Below, in pieces: positions 24,471 through 38,150 of a DNA stretch of 64,000 bases. Positions within the stretch are counted from its first letter, which is position 1, and every line of letters begins with the position of its first letter. A program made the position numbers and the translations under genes. The notes beneath the pieces were generated by a model. That model had not been told where the DNA came from and ran no database searches. It worked only from the letters and a program-made list of their open reading frames with translations. Source of the DNA: Vicugna vicugna (taxonomy: Eukaryota); assembly GCA_013265495.1 (NCBI GenBank), contig MU057521.1:558001-622000 (forward strand). The letters run 5' to 3'.

Positions 24471-27400
24471 GCTTGGGGGAGAAGAGCTGGTTTAGTGATA
24501 ACAGCCGGCAGGTGCATATGCCTGCTCACTCCGGATGGAGCAAGCTGTCTAGTCATCCCTAACGCTTACCAGAAGTCACAAACGTACCATCAGCTTGTGT
24601 TTGTATTATCCGAGGCCCGTCCTCCTAGACACAGTATCTTCTTATGATGCTTCAGTTTTCAACTACTTATTCTCATAGTCTATCCAAACTGGAGCCCATT
24701 GTTTGTTCTTAATTGACATTACTATTGACTATGTTAATAAAGGAACAAACTTTCTAGTGGGTTTTGTTTAACTGTTTGTTTGTTTTGGCATAATCCAACC
24801 ACTAGAGCACATTTCCAAGTGAAGACAAAAATACTCTAATTCCAATGGGAGAAAAAATGAGTCTGGGTGTCGTAGAAATGAAATATCTGGTTGACAGGAT
24901 TTTGTTGTTGTTTGTTATTTTGGCTTGACACATAGATCAAGTATGCGTTACAGAAATCGTCACTCATTTTTTTCTATTTATGTCTAACTTTGACAGGTCT
25001 CTTGGAGTCTCCTGAGTGGCACACTGCATCTCCAGCCATCCAAGATCATGCCTGAGTTTTCAGAGAAACCTAATTAAAATTGTGGTTAGAAAAATTTTAC
25101 TTTTAAGCATATCTAATCACAAAAATGTTATCATGTGGGGATCCATACAGGGCTAGGAGCCCAGGACATCCAAATTTTAGAGAATTCCTCATGTTTGTGT
25201 TTTTTATTTAAATAACTTCCTGAATTTCCTATCACTAGCTAAATTATAAAAAATAATTCATGTACAATTTACCGACTTATATTTTCCCCAAACTGTATTT
25301 CTAGAAATATGCTGCATAATTTCTTACAAACTCAATCTGCTTATATTCCATTTTATGTAAATCATCACTTGTTCTATCTGTACTTTTCTGTTTGTTTTCT
25401 CCATCTTACTGGTATGTTTAGAGTCTAATAAATCACTCGTGGTCTTCCACATTTAAGTAATACTGGGCTAAAGCGATGTTACCACCTCAGATCTTGTTCT
25501 CAGGCTCTTTCTCTTGAAAAAGAAACCTTTTGGTCACATCTATTGGCCTCTTCTTTCCCTGATAATCTTGCCTGCTGATATAAAAAAAACCCCAATATTT
25601 TGCTGTGTGATATTTGGGGAGACAGGATGTTGTTGTCGCTTCCTCCGGACGCTCTTGCTGGGTGAATGGGATCTCCTCGGGAACATGACGCCGGCTTCCT
25701 GCAGAAACCTGCTGTATAAAACAACGTCTACGACGCTGACTCTTTGCCCTAGTTTTTCTATTTCCTGAAGCTTTTTAAGGATGATTTGAATGTTCTCAGT
25801 CTAAATCCCTCAATTTCTGTCTTGTAAGTGCAAACTTTCTTTGATACTTCTTTGTGAAACTTTGCTGGCTTTCCGTTTAAGATATTTAGCCTCTATCTCT
25901 CTGTTCCATTGTCTCCCTCGCCACATCCCTCTAGTCGCCTCTCTCTCCCTGCTTGCCAAAACATTTGTTCTCCTGCAGACATTCCTTTCTGCCATGCAGG
26001 TAAGACAAGAAACGTGCCCCTAGTTATTGCATCCCCCTCCCCTAACAAAAAATCATACAAAATCCGGTAGCAACTCACCACTACTTTTGCCTGTAGCAAA
26101 ATGTGCCTTTAAATTTGCCCAGATTTCCCATAGAGCTCAACATGAAATTTTCAACAAAATTAAATACATGTTCTCTAATAATGGCATGTGAATGTCCAAT
26201 ATTTATTTCTTCTACATCTTTATTTCCATTTCTATTTAATTTTGCCTCTTTTATCACTCTAAACTACATGCCCAAACTCCTACTTTCCTTGCCCTTGTTG
26301 AATGAATTTTCAACACTTTCCTTTTTCTTATACTTTTAGGACTTTTCCCTTTGAGGATCACACAGTCAGTTTTCCTGACATAATTCTTACATTTCAAATA
26401 CTGACTCCTTTTTTTTCCTTATTACCAGTGGGAAACTGGCCATGTTAATATGGGATTCAGGCTACCTGATATTTCTTTTACACCTTTACAATCTACTAGC
26501 CTTAAATGAGATAACTGGTTATCTCTATGGTTTTTGATCCCTGAAAAAAAGTCTAAAATCCACACTATGACAAGGGCTATGACACACCTCTTATACCTGC
26601 GATTTTTTCCCTCTCCACCATTGAGAGTAAAGATGGATGCCTTCCCCGTCTGTGAAGACTCTTCATACGTTACAGGAACTTGGCTGGCACCCACAGCTTC
26701 GAATGATCTTAAAGAAAAACTGTGTTCGCTGCATCCAAAAGTTGTTCTCAGTCTAAACCTAGTAAAATTCCTCCCTTTGGCACTTTCCTTTGCTTCCTCC
26801 CTCAGACCAATATCAGTCATCTGTCTGCCGCCACATAAACAAGACCCGTGGAAGTGCTTAGAAACCTGTTTAACACTCTTTGGCATTGCTAAGCTTTCCG
26901 GTAGGCAGAATTCTCCCACAAATTTTGTGTAATCAGCATTGGAAGCATCGATGAAATCACATCTTGCTACCTGCCTTATCCCTCTCCTTCCTGCAGGTCA
27001 TCTCACTCCTCTCCTGCAGGCCATGAAGAACTGCCATCTGTTCACCCAGGCTTCAAAAGTGCAGAAAGAAGCCGTCTCAGTTAGAATTGTTTGCCATGCC
27101 TCAGAACTTGATCACATGGATAACTCTGAGCTGACAGTAAATGATATTTCAAAAGATGTTATCAGTAATGTTCTTTGTAGCCCTGTTTCAATGGCAGGAA
27201 ACTAACTGGCTTCCTTTAAAGCACTCATACACATACCTTCACACACTCAGACCCTCTTAGGTCATTCTCTCTTGGGGATTATGCCCGTCCTTCAAGCCCA
27301 GAGTATCTGAGCCTGATTTTATGGAGTGATCTGGGTTTAAGCAGTAAAAACAGTGGGATGACCAGGAAAATCCTCCAAAGCGGGGGCCTCTCAAGGAACC

Positions 27401-28029
27401 TGAGTCAGGACAAGGTCCAGCTGACCCTCCCTCCGATGGAGACTCCGCCTCCTCCCCACTTTCAGAGGCTGAAGATTTCTTTGCCATTAACTGCTTTACT
27501 TCTCTGGTCTTTCCTTCCATCATTTCTCCACAACCCTTTAATCTCAGAGTGTAGCTCTTCCTACTCTAAAAACAGTTCTTAAAAGTACTTCATTACTCAC
27601 ATTACTAACTCTTTCAGGACCATTTAATCTATTTGTTTTCCTCTCCAGTCAAGGACCCTCTTCTCTGCTTGCAAATCAGATGGATTTGCTATTGCCTGAC
27701 TTCTTTCTCAATCAACTTCATCCTACAGATAAATTTTCCTTTATTGTTCTTTGATTCCTGTTCTTCATGCTCTAATTTCTTCATTGTTTTCTTATACAAA
27801 TAAATTTCTTCTTTGAAAGCCTTTAGTCTCATCCTATCTTATAAACATTCTCCCTCTTGCTTAATTAAGACATATTCCACCCTTTCATGATTTTTTTAAA
27901 TAGTTTTCACTTTAAAAAAAATTCAACATATTCTAAAGTGAACTTACTCCTCCACCAAAGATCTTAGCTAAATTTTCCAGACTCTACAAATTAATTTGGC
28001 TATTATCTTTAAATTATAAGGAAAAAGCA

Positions 28030-29450
28030 GTGTTCATTCAGAGGTTAGGAAATGTTTTTCCAAAAAATACCGATTTACTATCTCTGCCTAAGAGATGCTG
28101 TACGAGGTACCTGGGATATACAGATAATGAAGAGACCCACTGTCCACACTCACAGTTTCAACATTCATTGTGCAGTTGGTGTGCAAAGAAACAACTGCAT
28201 CCAACGAAGCACACACCACCACAGAGGTAGATCCTAGAGGTCTCCATTAGTAAGAAGTGATCAAAGAGGTCCCGAAAGAAGAGGAGGTGATGTGTTGAGG
28301 GAGAAGCCAGAGTTTACCAATCAGCAAGCCACAGAGTGAGTGAGAAAATGGATGGGAGAGAGCGTTCCAAGCAGAAAAACAGAATCATGTTCAAAGTCAA
28401 AGATGAGTGGAGGGAATGAGGATGGTGCAGTTAGGGAACTGCATGCACTATTTGCCTTAACAAAGATAAAGCCAACCATGCAGCCAGCCCATTAGCAACA
28501 ACAGCCCCCATCTGTGAACAACCCAGCCGTTTATCTCACTTCACCAGCTTTGCAATGAAGGCATTATTTCCATTTTATGGATGAAGAAACTGAGGCTCAA
28601 AGATTTTTTAAAGTGTATCCAACTTCAGTCAACTAATCAATGGTGGAAGCTGGACTGAACCACTATGTCTAATTCTACAGCCCGGGGTTCTTCCACACCA
28701 GGATCTCTTTCAGAGATCATTCTGTAGGTGTTGGAAAGCCAGCATACAGTCATTTACAGAAGAGGGACTTGATCAAATTTGCCTTTTGGAGATAACTGTT
28801 TTGAGGAGAGATGAAATGTAGGTAGGGAGTCCTTAAAGAAGACTATTTAATATTTTAATAACCCAGAAAAGAAATGAAGAGGACCTTAACTGGAATAGGT
28901 AGTTGTGAGGACAGAAAAATGGGTATAACTTCAAGTAACAATTAGGAATTAGGTTGGACAGACCATAATACCTGACTAGGCATTGAAGATGACTGAGAAG
29001 AAAGCACTCCAGGAGTGTCTCTTGGATTTCTGACGTGTGCAACTTGGTGAACAGTTGGGCCATTCTCAGAGATAGAGAAAACTAGTGGGAGAGAAAATGT
29101 GAGTGATGAACTTGGTCTCTTTAGCCAGACTGGCTATGGAACAGGCTAAGGTGTCCAGCAGGCAGTGAATCAGGTCGGGGCTCAAGACGAGGTCAGAGCT
29201 AAGGATTAAAAAAAAATCTAGGAGTGAGTTTATGTTGGGAGCCACTGGCCTGTAGGATATCAACTGAGCAGTACACAAAGTGTGAAAATTAAAAAAAAAA
29301 AAAGACATACAAGGACAGAGCAAAGGGGTGAGCAGAAAAAGAGAAGTTATTAAAGAAGCCTTAATGGCCACCCTCAATGTGGGGAGAGAAAGAGAGGAAA
29401 GTGGAGCTGGAGGCACAGGAAGAGGAGGGAGTACTAAGAAAGGGGACGTG
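28030..29450 (-). mobile_element. L2 fragments with nested MIR (~28530-28705)
   Basis: L2 motifs (ggagtgtctcttggatttctga, ggtgtccagcaggcag); MIR atgaagaaactgaggctca. Confidence 0.7.
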
Positions 29451-29452
29451 AT

Positions 29453-29966
29453 TATGGTGGTAGCCGAGATGTTCCCCAGCGACCCCCCCCTCCAGGTGTT
29501 CAAGACCTTGTGTAATTCCCTCCCTTGAGTGCGGGCTCAATTTAGCAGCTCGCTTCTAACTGAAAGAATACAGTGAAAGTGAAGGAGGTTAGGTCATAAA
29601 AAGGTTGCCACCTACACTCTCTGTTGGTCTCGCTCTTGAATCGCTGGCTCTGGTGGAAGCCAGCTGCCATGTCATAAGGCAGCCTCAGGGAAAGAGAAGG
29701 CAGCTGCCTGAGGCAGCCTGCGGAGAGGCCCTTGCTGGGATGTAGCCACACGAGTGAGCTTGGAGACAAACAGTCCCCTAGCAGAGCCTTGAGACGACAG
29801 CAGCCCCAGCCAACGGTGTAACTCTCACCTCGGGAGAGACTCTGAACCAGACCCAGTAAAGCCACTTCTGGCTTCCTGATGCATTAAAACTGACATAATA
29901 AATATTTGTTGTTTTAAGTCACTAAGTTGGGGATAATTTGTTGTGTGCCTACTGATAACTAATGCA
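29453..29966 (+). mobile_element. MLT1F-type MaLR LTR
   Basis: ccttgtgtaattccctcccttgagtg...tgttgttttaagtcactaag...gataactaatgca. Confidence 0.85.
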
Positions 29967-30144
29967 ATTGCCCAGCTAATGCAGCCAAGAGAAAGACAGT
30001 CCCAAAGAACCCCTGCTCACTTTGCAGTCACAATTTATGTATTTTTGTTATATATACAACTGTTGATTTTGAGGGGTCATCCATCATTATGGCAATCCAT
30101 TCTGGCCTGCAGTTAGGTGCGTAAGTGTGCACTGAGAAACAGAA

Positions 30145-30395
30145 TGGTTTAGAGGTAAAGGGCATAAGCTCTGAAATCAGAGCACTTGGGTTCAAATTCC
30201 TGTTTATCTCTTATTCCCTGTGGAACCTTGGGCATGTCACAGCACCTCTCTGGTGCTGGTGCCTCCATCCTTATGAATAGTGATAGTTCACCTGTAGGAT
30301 CGGTGGGAGGAATACAGGAGTTAGCGCCTGCGACTTTCTTAAAACAGTTCCTGGAGCACTGCAGGCACTCAGTCAACGTTACCTGTTATTATTGT
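30145..30395 (+). mobile_element. MIR
   Basis: gggttcaaattcc...accttgggcatgtcac core. Confidence 0.75.
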
Positions 30396-31216
30396 GGGTG
30401 TAGGTTGTGTATGTGTAGAGAGAAAGAGAAAGAGGGAAAGAGAAATACTTCAGTTTATTTTCCCCACATTGACTCAATCCTCATCTCCATTGGTCACTCT
30501 CTGTTTTCAATTCCACCTCTCTATTTTTCCCCTGAGATACAGTTCAGTATTCAATACGTTTACAAACCTGAACTTTCTCCCTTGGTTGAAGTTCACTGTC
30601 ACAGAGCCTCCATCCCAGATTTCAGCTCATGCACCTTTGGAGCAGTCACTGACTTAACTCTTAACTCCAAACCTCACCAGCCCATCCCTAACTGTAAACT
30701 TAATCCTATTGACAAGTATTATCAAACCACAGGTCTAATTATTTAATATGCAAGAATGCCCGGTTGTTGAACCCTGTCTTTATTCCACACCTCTCCTGGT
30801 GTCGCCTCTGGGAGCTGCCTTCACTAGGGTCCTACTTTCCTGAGTTAGTTGCCTTAGAGACTGCGAAAGGCACAGATGACTTTTCTTAGGTTCCCAAGGC
30901 CTCCTCCCTCTTCTCCTCTTTCTCCTCTCCTGTATTCTCACCTCGAGGTTTAGGGTCCCATGTTCCACCGATTAATCATGCACATTGTCTTGGGCCTCCC
31001 CAGTTCATGACTCTCAAAGGTCCCTCCTTTCCTTTCTCCCACTGCGGACCTGCCCTTTCTGGGGCAAAGGATTCCCAGCTCCTTTGTTCAGCAGGAACTT
31101 TCTCACTGGCACTGTCCCTGACAGTCTTCTGGTTCATCTCTATGGGATTTGCTGCCCTTTCACTACTGACTTTTTTCCCCCGCATTTTCTGTGGCCCCTC
31201 GTACTATCTCGCCTTC

Positions 31217-31234
31217 CACCTCTAGGTGGCGCCC
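31217..31234 (+). promoter_or_regulatory. Candidate CTCF site
   Basis: CCTCTAGGTGGCGC (31219-31232) matches the CTCF core. Confidence 0.5.
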
Positions 31235-33144
31235 TTGCATCGGTAAGGGCAGCTGGCACCAGCTCTGTCCTTTCCGGTTTCATTCTGGACTGCCCTCCCG
31301 AACAGCTGCAGACATGCCCTTCTTCCGCACAAAGACTCTACATCATCTGTAGAAGGAGATCATTGCTGTGTCCTTGCTCTCCACACCTGAAAAGCTTCTG
31401 CTAACAGTATATTTGCTGGAATAATTTCTTAAACTGCACCCATAATCCGTTTGTCTTTAGACCTGGTAAAATCAGTTAACCTCAATAAGCCTCACTTTCC
31501 TCATCTGTGGGGATAATAGTAGCAGTCACTTTAAATGGGGTGATGCAATTTGAATGATCTAAAGTATGCAGATGTTAGGTACCATCTCTGTCCCATAGTA
31601 AACGAGTAATAAATGCTACATATTATTACTGTTGGTGTCATCATCAGCATCACCAAGCTTTGTCATACACAAGCTGTAGTCCTTCTTTGTTCTTTAAGTG
31701 AAAAATTCTTGGAGTGTAGTTTTAATTCCATCCTCCCTGGGGTTTGGTTCTATATCCCCAAATATGTCCTTTTCTTTTCCAAAAATACCACCATCCCAAA
31801 AGAAGCTCCAATTGCTTCAATCTCACTGTTTTATTTCTGGAAAGAATAGTGAGAATTTTTAGTCCTAAACCCACCACGTAAAATAAAATCCCAACAAATT
31901 TCTCCGAAGAGTCCTGTCCCTTTTTCTCCTGTAAGATCTCCAAAATAAATCCATCTTCTCTATTGATCTAAAGCTCACATCAAAGTTCTTACTGGGGAAA
32001 AATTTGGTTTATTGAAAAATATTTCCCTTGGGTACCTCCTAATTGAGCTGACAGTCGGGGTGCCCAGCCATATAGTCACTTGTTGGATAGTTGTTCCTAC
32101 CCTCTGTAAAAAGAATCCTTGCAACAAACGCTCTTTTGACAGCATGTTTGTGGTGCTCTCTTCCTCTTCCTAGATTTTCTTTACTTCTCTGTTTACTCTA
32201 TTCCTTTCTACCTATAATACATCAGAGGCAAAACAGAAAAAGCAGCCATTAGGATGGCAATCATTCCCTTCTTCTCCTCTGCATTTCTTATTCCTCACCC
32301 ATCATCACCCTTAGCCAGCTCTTCCGCATTCTGCTGTCTCCTCTGCTTCCAAGTTCCTACCGTAATGGTCTCTAATCTGACTAAAAAGTCATATCCAAAA
32401 GCCTCTGTTCCAAAACAGGGAACTCATGCAGATAACTGACCCCAAGAAGTTGTAGGAAATGGACCCACCCTGAGCTCTAACTGCCTTCGTCTGCTTCTTG
32501 GGCCACTTTGGCAATTTTAGTAACATCTGCAGCCTCTTTCTGGTACATCTCTCACAGCTGAATCTGTTTTGAGCCCCTGACCACACTAGGAGGTAGTTTG
32601 ATCAGATGTCACATTTATAGATGAGAAAACGCAATCAAAAGAAATGAAGAACTTGCCTAAGGTCCCTTTGAAGATAGAAACAGTGATACATTCACGGCCT
32701 CACCACTTTTCCTATAAGAAAAAAGGGGCCCTGTCCAAATATTCTCAATGGGAGGGCTCAGTGCACACCACCCTCATGTGAAAAACATTTCAATTTCCGT
32801 TCTTTTGTTTCTCTCCCCTCTGTGTAGCCCACACTGACAGAGCTTGCACTCCCTTGCAAGAGCAAGAATCAGACTGATTGGTTCTGTAAAGATGATTTGG
32901 TCCACGAATTCACATGAAAAGAAAAATGGCATGACTTTGGGTAAGTTCTTTTGGCCCTCTATACTTGTTTTTTTCAACAATAAAATGAAATTTGACTGTT
33001 TGACTGTCTCCAAGATCCCCCTTATTGGAAAATTCTGTGGTTTTATTTTAATGATAAAAATGATAATAAAGACAATATTTCAATCTCCTTTCTTGACAAA
33101 GAAGATATGAAAATGCATAGAAACACATATGAAACTCTTTCTTT

Positions 33145-33400
33145 AATAATAGTGGATCATTTTTAATGTATGCTAACTATTGCCTGATGGTGCCAAGAAA
33201 TTATCATGGATTTTCTAATTTAATCCTTATAAGAATCCTATGAGGTAGGCAGTACTATTTATGCCCACTTCGCAGATGAGGAAATGCAGGCACAGCAAGA
33301 TTAAATAAATGACCCTGCTCAAGGTCACTGGCAAGTAGCCGGGCCAAGACTCAAACTCAGACAGAGAGACTCCCCAGGCAGCCAGGACCTTCCACTCCAC
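33145..33400 (-). mobile_element. MIR
   Basis: aatcctatgaggtagg...cagatgaggaaatgcaggcaca. Confidence 0.8.
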
Positions 33401-34620
33401 TCACTTTCTTAATGCTTTTTTGTCAATGAAAGAAAAGTATGTGATGAGTGGCTATGAATTTTCCAGATACAACACTAATCCTATAATTTAAATCAGGTAT
33501 AACTTTGCCCTTCATAGGTTATCAATAAGCATATTTAGAACCATTTCTCGCAACTATTTGTTGCTTAAGGATTTCAGAATAATGTCAAGAATAACACACA
33601 GTTTTTACTTACAAAGGGCCTGGCAAATTGAGTTTCTTTCATCTGTAAAACCTCTCCACATAAAATTAGTCATCCTATTTTATACCTTATTTTTAGGCTG
33701 CTTTATGTTCTCTTAACATTTGGTGCAGTTGAAAACCAAAAATCGCAGTAGTTCTATCTGTGAGGACTTACTTACCAGAGGCTCATGTTCAGAAATTAAT
33801 TTATAGTCCATGCTAATTTTAGGAATTAGTGGTTTTTAAAATAACATGCACCTTGCCCAGCTTTTAAAGGATTTGTTATGAATAAGGAGTGATCATTATG
33901 CATATGTATCATGCTGAGTGTCCATGCAAATTGAACAGTGACTATATTTCAAACATTTTTTTCCTGCCATTTACTCTCTTCTTTGATAAAGCATGAAAAG
34001 TAAATGATAGGCCAAACCCAAACCTGCATACTGCTATAACAGAAACTCCCCCTAAGTTCCTGACAACTTACATTTTCTACATGGAGATACATTTCATCTC
34101 ATTATTACTATCATTTTGCTTTGTTAAATCATCTCACATGACACTTGTAATATAAATAACAGTAATGAAAGTAAGAACACATTCTCCCAAAAGATATGCC
34201 ATTGGAAGTGAACTATAAAAATGAAGATTTTTAAATGACTGTTTTGTTTCAGCAAAGCACAATCTGGGTGACTCAGACAAGGGGTTATAGACACACATCG
34301 TGATTTTTGTGCATTCATGCTGTGTTTCACAACTGGAGATGCTAGTGTCCTATCCAGGAGGACTATCTAAGGGACCACACAGGAAGCTTAAGTTAAGACC
34401 ATCACTCCTTATTGCAGGCAGAAAGACAATCAAATAACATACATTCTGCCTTCATACCACTAAAGCTGTCACGTATATTACATTCAGGCCAAGATTTGGG
34501 ATTTTATAACAAAACATATTTCTGTAGTTGAATCTAGGACATCACACAACCATAGTTCATGCAGTCTGGGGCATCAGATACCCTAACACATAATAATAAA
34601 TCCAAAATAGTAAGCACACT

Positions 34621-35087
34621 TGTTATCCTTCTATTGCAGCTGTAACAAACTACCACAAGTTTAGTGGCTTAAACAGCACCAATTTATTGTCTCACAATTC
34701 TGAGGTCAGGAGTCTGAAGTGTCTCACGAGAACATAATCAAAGTGTCAAGCTGTGTTCGGGACCTCGGGGAAAATGCTTCTTTGCCTTTTTCAGTTTCTA
34801 GAGTTTACTCCCATTCCATGGCTTATGGCCCCTTCTCCCATCTTCAAGGCCAGCCAATGGCCAGCAGAGTCCTCACATCACACTGCTCTGCCTCTTCTGT
34901 CTCCCTGTTCCGCGTTTAAGGACACTTGTGAATGCACTGAGCCCATGTGGAGAACCCAGGATAATCCCCGTTAGGATGCCAGCTGATTAGCGCCTCGAAT
35001 TCCCCTTTGCTGTGTAACCTAACACAGCCACAGCACTTGGGATTAGCACTTGGACATCTTTGAGGGACCACTGTTCTGTCCCCTACA
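34621..35087 (-). mobile_element. MLT1D-type MaLR LTR
   Basis: gctgtaacaaactaccacaagtttagtggcttaaa...ggacatctttgaggg. Confidence 0.85.
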
Positions 35088-35518
35088 CCTTCTAAAGAAT
35101 TAAAAGGAAACCCTGATAAAACATCCTGACGTTCACATGAGAAATTTTTTTCAGACCTTAGAGAGGAGATATATTCTAGCCATGAAGTTTTCCAGCTGTG
35201 CCTGCCATCAGCTCCACCAAATTTTTTCATCTTCTCAGACACTTCTATAATCAGAAGTCATCTTCAGCCCCAGACATGCTCTTTTTCCCAATGCCAAAGC
35301 ATAAGGGATGCAGGAGAATTTCTGTAGTTTGCCTACAAAAATCCAACACTAACCAGGATCAATATTTTGCAATTCCTCATTTTCTCTGATGCCCTACATC
35401 AATTGGTTTTTTTATTCCATTTAGCCAACAATTATGTAGTGCCAACAAAATGCCTGGCACCGTGCTAGGTGCTGAAACACAAAGGGAAAAAATTCAAACC
35501 ATACTCCTGAGGAGCTCA

Positions 35519-35611
35519 CTGTGTGTATACTGCACATGTACACATGCACACGTGTGTCTACACGGGTGTGCCTGTGCGTGTATGTGTGTGTGTGTGTGAG
35601 TGAGAGAGAGA
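35519..35611. repeat. Compound (TG)n/(GA)n microsatellite
   Basis: Visible dinucleotide runs. Confidence 0.85.
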
Positions 35612-35689
35612 GTTGTTGGGACAGCAGCATCCAAGACAGGCAGAAAACAACAGTGTTTCAATATTTCAATGTACTGCTGACCCACATGC

Positions 35690-36400
35690 TATCATTCTTT
35701 TCTACCTCTGCTCCCCTTTTCCCTGTCCAGCTGCCACACTCCTGGCCCAGGCCATTATCACATCTTGCTTTGGCTACTGCAAGTCTCCCTGCTGGCCCCC
35801 ATCCCTTCAGTCTCCCACCTTGGAAACGTTCCACCCTCAGATGTAAACACGGCTGTAGATGTCACTCTCTGGCTCCAAAGCAACACCCTCCTTATTGCCT
35901 ATAGAAAAACATACATTTCTCCACACACCATCCAAGGCCCTCGGGGTTCCCCCTACCTTTCCAGGGGTCTGTCCTTTGAGTGTCACATGCACTTGGGCTG
36001 ACCGTAATCACAGCAGGCCATCAGATCGCCCTGTGCTTTCCCTGGCCTCCCCCTCTGACCATTGATGGTCCCTCTGCCCTTTCCCCCATATCCAAGTAAT
36101 ACCCATTCTTCAGAACCCAGCCCAACCACAAGGCCTTCCATGGAACATCCTTCTATCCCTTCTCCATGGAAAATAATCTCTCTCTATCCAGGGCTCCCAC
36201 AGCACTTCATTTTTTATTCTTTAACAGACACTATCCATTTCTGCCATAGACCTTTTACTTTGCTAAATATCAAGGCCCCTCTCCCAGATTATAACCTCCT
36301 TGAGAGCAGTCACTGGCTTTATTTCTTTTGGAAACAGCTACCGTACCTAGCCCGGCAGCTTGCCCACAGGAAGGCTACTGTATTAGTCAGATTCAACTGA
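35690..36400 (+). mobile_element. L2 3' portion
   Basis: attataacctccttgagagcag...actgaatgga tail. Confidence 0.65.
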
Positions 36401-37959
36401 ATGGACCAGCAACGTCATCTTCACGAACGTTGTCACAAGCACCGGCTGCTTCTCTGGCTGTTTCTCCTTGGAGGTGATGGTGGGAGGTGTATTTTCCTCT
36501 ATTCTAGTCACAGACATAGTGAAACAGACAGGAATGGACAGACATCGACAGTGAGGGAACCAATTTCTTCTGAGGATGACCGAGAGTCACTGATTAACCC
36601 ACAAATTCAAAGGACAGAATGGATGTGTGTGTTACACAAAAGCAAAAGTAAAGTAACACAGAACCTCAAACGGCCTTAGTCAATCAGTCTAGAAGCATCA
36701 TCTGATTTGTACCTCAATGCTACAGAAAAATAAAGAATCTGTAGATTAAAAGGAAGTCTGGATTTTTTTTGAATGTGCATGTGTGTATGCTTTTAACCAA
36801 AACAACTGCTTCATGATGAATATGTATGGTAAGGCAAGCTATGAAGCCACAAAAGTGTTTTTTAGCGTATCACCGTCATCAGTTCTACTAAATAATTATC
36901 ATTTCAAATCCAAAAATACCTTGAATGGGTAATACTGAATAATCTAGATCATGAAATTGCATTAGAAGGGTATTAGCTGACTCAGGAGACTAATTATAAC
37001 GAGGTATTGAGCTGCATACCACTCATCTCAATTGTAAAACCATAAACCACACCGTATGGGCAGCGGCTGCCAATCAGGGTCAGCGCAGGGTAGTGAAAAT
37101 AGCACTGAGCAAGGATCAGGAGCCCCAGCTCTGTCATTAACTCTGTGACCTTGGGAGCTCTTAAGAAAGATCATCCCATAGGAGAAAAGCAGCTCCTTGC
37201 CTTAGAGAAATGCAGCTATACCAGCAGCTGACGCTGCTCATTCACAGATAACACTCTTCAAACTGCAGGAAGACTGCACACATGCGCACACACACACACA
37301 CACACTCACTCACCTTTCCCAGACTAATACCGCCTTGCTTAATGGGCCACTTTAGTACTACTATTAACCAGATGATTATAATTTGAGCAAGTGTTATCCA
37401 TCCATGTCCTAAATAACAGTAGCTGACAATATTATCAAACTGCTTTCTCACTCGTGGCGTTTTTCAGCCAGAGGTCAAGGCTAAAATTTTTTATATTTAC
37501 TTCAGACTCTACTTTTGAATAATAATAATTATTACAATAATAATAATATCATTACATGATTTTTTTAAGTTTCCAAAGTACCTGCCAACTATTTCATTCA
37601 ATCCTAACAGCCCAGTAAGGTCACTGGGACGCATTTTCGAAAGTGTGCCGAGTTGGCATTGGTGGGCTTTCTAAGCACCTCCCACTAAGCTAAATTTGAG
37701 GATACAAAAATGATTAAGACAAGGCTCCTGACTTCAGGTTGCTTTTGGTTAGTTGTAGAGACAACAAATTGTGTTCTAATTATTTCCTTATGCCTCTTAG
37801 AACTCCTAAAGGGGAACAAAGGAGGAGACTGTATTTCTACTGGAAAAAGAAGTGTGTGTGTATATGAGTGTGTGCACAGCGGCGGGGGACGAGGGTTGGA
37901 CAGAGGGAGATGTCAAAGATGGCTTCACTGAGAAGGTGATTTTGTCACTGGATTTAAGT

Positions 37960-38150
37960 CTCTGTTCTATCTGTTCCTAGGAGAAGCTCTGAGTGTTACT
38001 GAATCTCTGTCAGCTTGAGACTCGTCATCAATTAAAATATGGATAACAATACTGAATTCACAGGGTTACCAGGAGGACAGAATGAGAGAGCATATGGGAA
38101 AGCAATTTGTAAATAGTAAAGCACCCAATCAGTATGGTATTATTATTTCC
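37960..38150 (+). mobile_element. MIR
   Basis: cacagggttaccaggagga...tttgtaaatagtaaagcac. Confidence 0.65.

Larger units (their letters stand above)
10430..27900 (-). mobile_element. Ancient L1-like LINE, copy B (most complete unit, fragmented by later insertions)
   Basis: ORF1-like and ORF2-like motifs in correct order; DNA similarity to copies A and C. Confidence 0.75.

Noticed and set aside
25500..27900. L1TD1 gene or pseudogene
   Set aside because: Translations do not match the L1TD1 sequence as I recall it, there is no long Glu-rich tract, and the segment is duplicated at 7-10 kb as part of the LINE unit.
30186..30746. 186-aa plus-strand ORF
   Set aside because: Runs through a MIR and L2-like sequence; no homology recognised.
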